Below are positions 62,340-64,000 of a stretch of DNA of 64,000 nt, piece after piece. Origin of the DNA: Vulcanimicrobiota bacterium. GTDB taxonomy: Bacteria; Vulcanimicrobiota; Vulcanimicrobiia; Vulcanimicrobiales; Vulcanimicrobiaceae. Positions within the stretch are counted from its first letter, which is position 1. Each line of letters begins with the position of its first letter. The stretch is from the NCBI GenBank assembly GCA_963695225.1, contig OY968762.1, forward strand, positions 1,248,001 to 1,312,000, written 5' to 3'. The translations under genes were made by a program, and so were the position numbers. The notes under the pieces are model-generated. The model saw only the letters and a list, made by a program, of their open reading frames with translations. It did not search any database and was not told where the DNA came from.

Positions 62340-62594
62340 CCCGCCCGGATTCGCGCAGCCCCCGCAACGCGCCCGCCGCCTTCGAGACGCTCGCCCTTCC
62401 ACGCGCTGAGGTGAGAATAGTTGCTAGCCCCGAGCGAAGCGAGCTCGATCGAAGGATGAACTCGAGGGAGAGCGTCCCACGCGGAAGGGATCGGGCTGCG
62501 GAGACGAGGACGGGAACGTGCGATGAAACGCATCTTCGACGCGTTTCACGAGGCCCGTGGGACGGGCGTTAGTTGGTCGTCGCCTGCCCTCCGG

Positions 62595-63420
62595 TCACGT
62601 TTTGGGCACGGCTCGGGCCGCGGCGATGACGGCTTCGAGCACATCGCTCGCGTTCGCGTGCGCCGTGCTCGCGAGGTGGCTGTAGACGCCCATCATCGTC
62701 ACGATGCTGCTGTGCCCGGCGAGCGACTGCACGGCGTTCGCGGGGACGCCTGCCCCGGCGAGCGCGGAGACGAAGCCGTCGCAGCGAGTGGAAGCCAAAC
62801 CGCCCGAACCCAGCGCGCTTCGCCACCGAGCGGTACTGATATCCGAACCTCGCCGGAATCCAATGCCTCCCCATCGCGGGTCCACACAGACGAGACCCTC
62901 GCGGTTCCATCCCTCGCCCATGTGCTCGCGGACCAGGTCCTGCTCGATGCGCCAGGCCGCGAGCGCGGATCGGGCGCTCATCGGCAAGACGACGACCCTG
63001 GACTTCCCGCTCTTCGGCAGCTTCACGGTCGTCTCGAACCTCGACTGTTCGAGCGCCCGCCGAACCTTGACGACGCCTGTTTGCAGGTCGATGTCGGACC
63101 ACTTCATGGCGACGACTTCTCCGCGTCGAAGACCGCCGTACGCCGCCAGGATGATGCCTCCAAAGACGCTCGATCCGCGCATCGCGTCGACGAGCGCCAC
63201 AAGTTCCCCGGTTTCCGGGCACGGCATCTCGCGGGGCTTGAATCGCGGCGGATCGACGGCGAGCATCGAGTTCGTCGCGATCAACCGCTTCCGCGCGGAA
63301 CACGGTCGGTGGCCCGGCAGGCAACTCGAAGAAAGCCCGCCACGTCGTGCTTCCTCGGGCATCGCGCAGGGGACTGTTGGTTCTATCCGGGCGGGAAGCC
63401 GTGGCTGAAGCCAAAGTCAC
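62595..63420 (-). pseudogene. Decayed phage-type tyrosine integrase
   Basis: GLRRGEVVAMKWSDID, PKSGK and AGHSS...GVYSH in one frame; RAGFGRFGFHSLR in another frame; N-terminal domains missing. Confidence 0.88.
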
Positions 63421-63672
63421 CCTTCGTGTCTATGGAAGTAAGACGGAGGCGGCCTTTCCAGCCGAGATGACGCGCGTAATTAGTTCCAACGACGCCTAAA
63501 CCCAACCTAGGACGTTTGTTCTATGAAGCAAGGGGAGACGGTGCTCTGTTCCAAAGTGCATCGGAGTAGACTTCGCGGTGGCGGACTGGCAGTTCGCCGT
63601 CAAATGGCGCTCGCGGGAGACGTTTATGAAAGAACAACGCTGGGTTCTGCTCGGGTCGATCCACATAATCTA

Positions 63673-64000
63673 ATGCGACCCTACTTCTTGAGCGTTTCAC
63701 TGGCCGTCGTGCTACTCGCGGGTTGCGGCGGCCACACGGACGACCAATCTCAGGCGACCTCCGCACCGACCGATGCCGTAACCGCTAGCGCAGACGATCA
63801 ACAGTCGGCAACGCCCGCAGCCGACGCGCGAGCCAAACGAGCGCCGGAGGCGACCGCGAAGCCCGAGTCTTATGAGCATCAGCGCCAACGTGAAAAGCGC
63901 GAGTTTCTCTCGAGCGTCGACGAGTCGATTAGCGGCGCGATGATCGCTGGCAACAAGTTCAAGTACGTTGGCCAACGCGTCGACATCCATTGCACCGTCA
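63673..64000 (+). CDS. Lipoprotein of unknown function (3' end outside the window)
   Basis: Manual translation MRPYFLSVSLAVVLLAG-CGGHTDDQ... with LAGC lipobox; open to the window end. Confidence 0.75.
   Translation, partial: MRPYFLSVSLAVVLLAGCGGHTDDQSQATSAPTDAVTASADDQQSATPAADARAKRAPEATAKPESYEHQRQREKREFLSSVDESISGAMIAGNKFKYVGQRVDIHCTV

Noticed and set aside
63421..63478. GGAAGTAAG...GACGCGC resembling the glnA glutamine riboswitch
   Set aside because: P1/P2 pairing cannot be formed and the context is not nitrogen metabolism

Overview
High-GC bacterial chromosome segment made mostly of housekeeping and metabolic genes. Protein style suggests a Terrabacteria lineage such as Ca. Eremiobacterota/Vulcanimicrobiota; this is inference only. 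Core genes include a partial PPi-type phosphofructokinase, gltB, a 2-oxoacid dehydrogenase E1a/E1b/E2 operon, a GGDEF protein, a queD-queE-mqnB-mqnD operon, namZ, glcD-glcE and a redox cluster (BCP, trxB, HTH-MBL, TlpA-TPR). A tightly coupled minus-strand operon runs from malic enzyme to an ABC exporter, followed by tldD/tldE-dacB-GT39, an RND pump, tRNA-Leu(GAG), oppBC, kce, mntP, proline dehydrogenase, tag, a KGG stress protein and dnaG-rpoD. There are two accessory segments: a lower-GC MmyB/SDR/AKR cassette (~21.3-24.5 kb) and a decayed tyrosine integrase plus lipoprotein at the right edge. No CRISPR array, rRNA or intact mobile element was seen. The best leads are (1) a recurring CGAA/GYCGAAGC element 7-10 nt before SD-less start codons, possibly an alternative-sigma leaderless promoter class; (2) a DDAH-fold protein lacking its catalytic Cys/His, coupled to a motif-degenerate secreted phosphoesterase; (3) a probable CTG start codon for oppB; and (4) compensating frameshifts hiding an integrase pseudogene. 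I cannot claim a definite new system from sequence alone.
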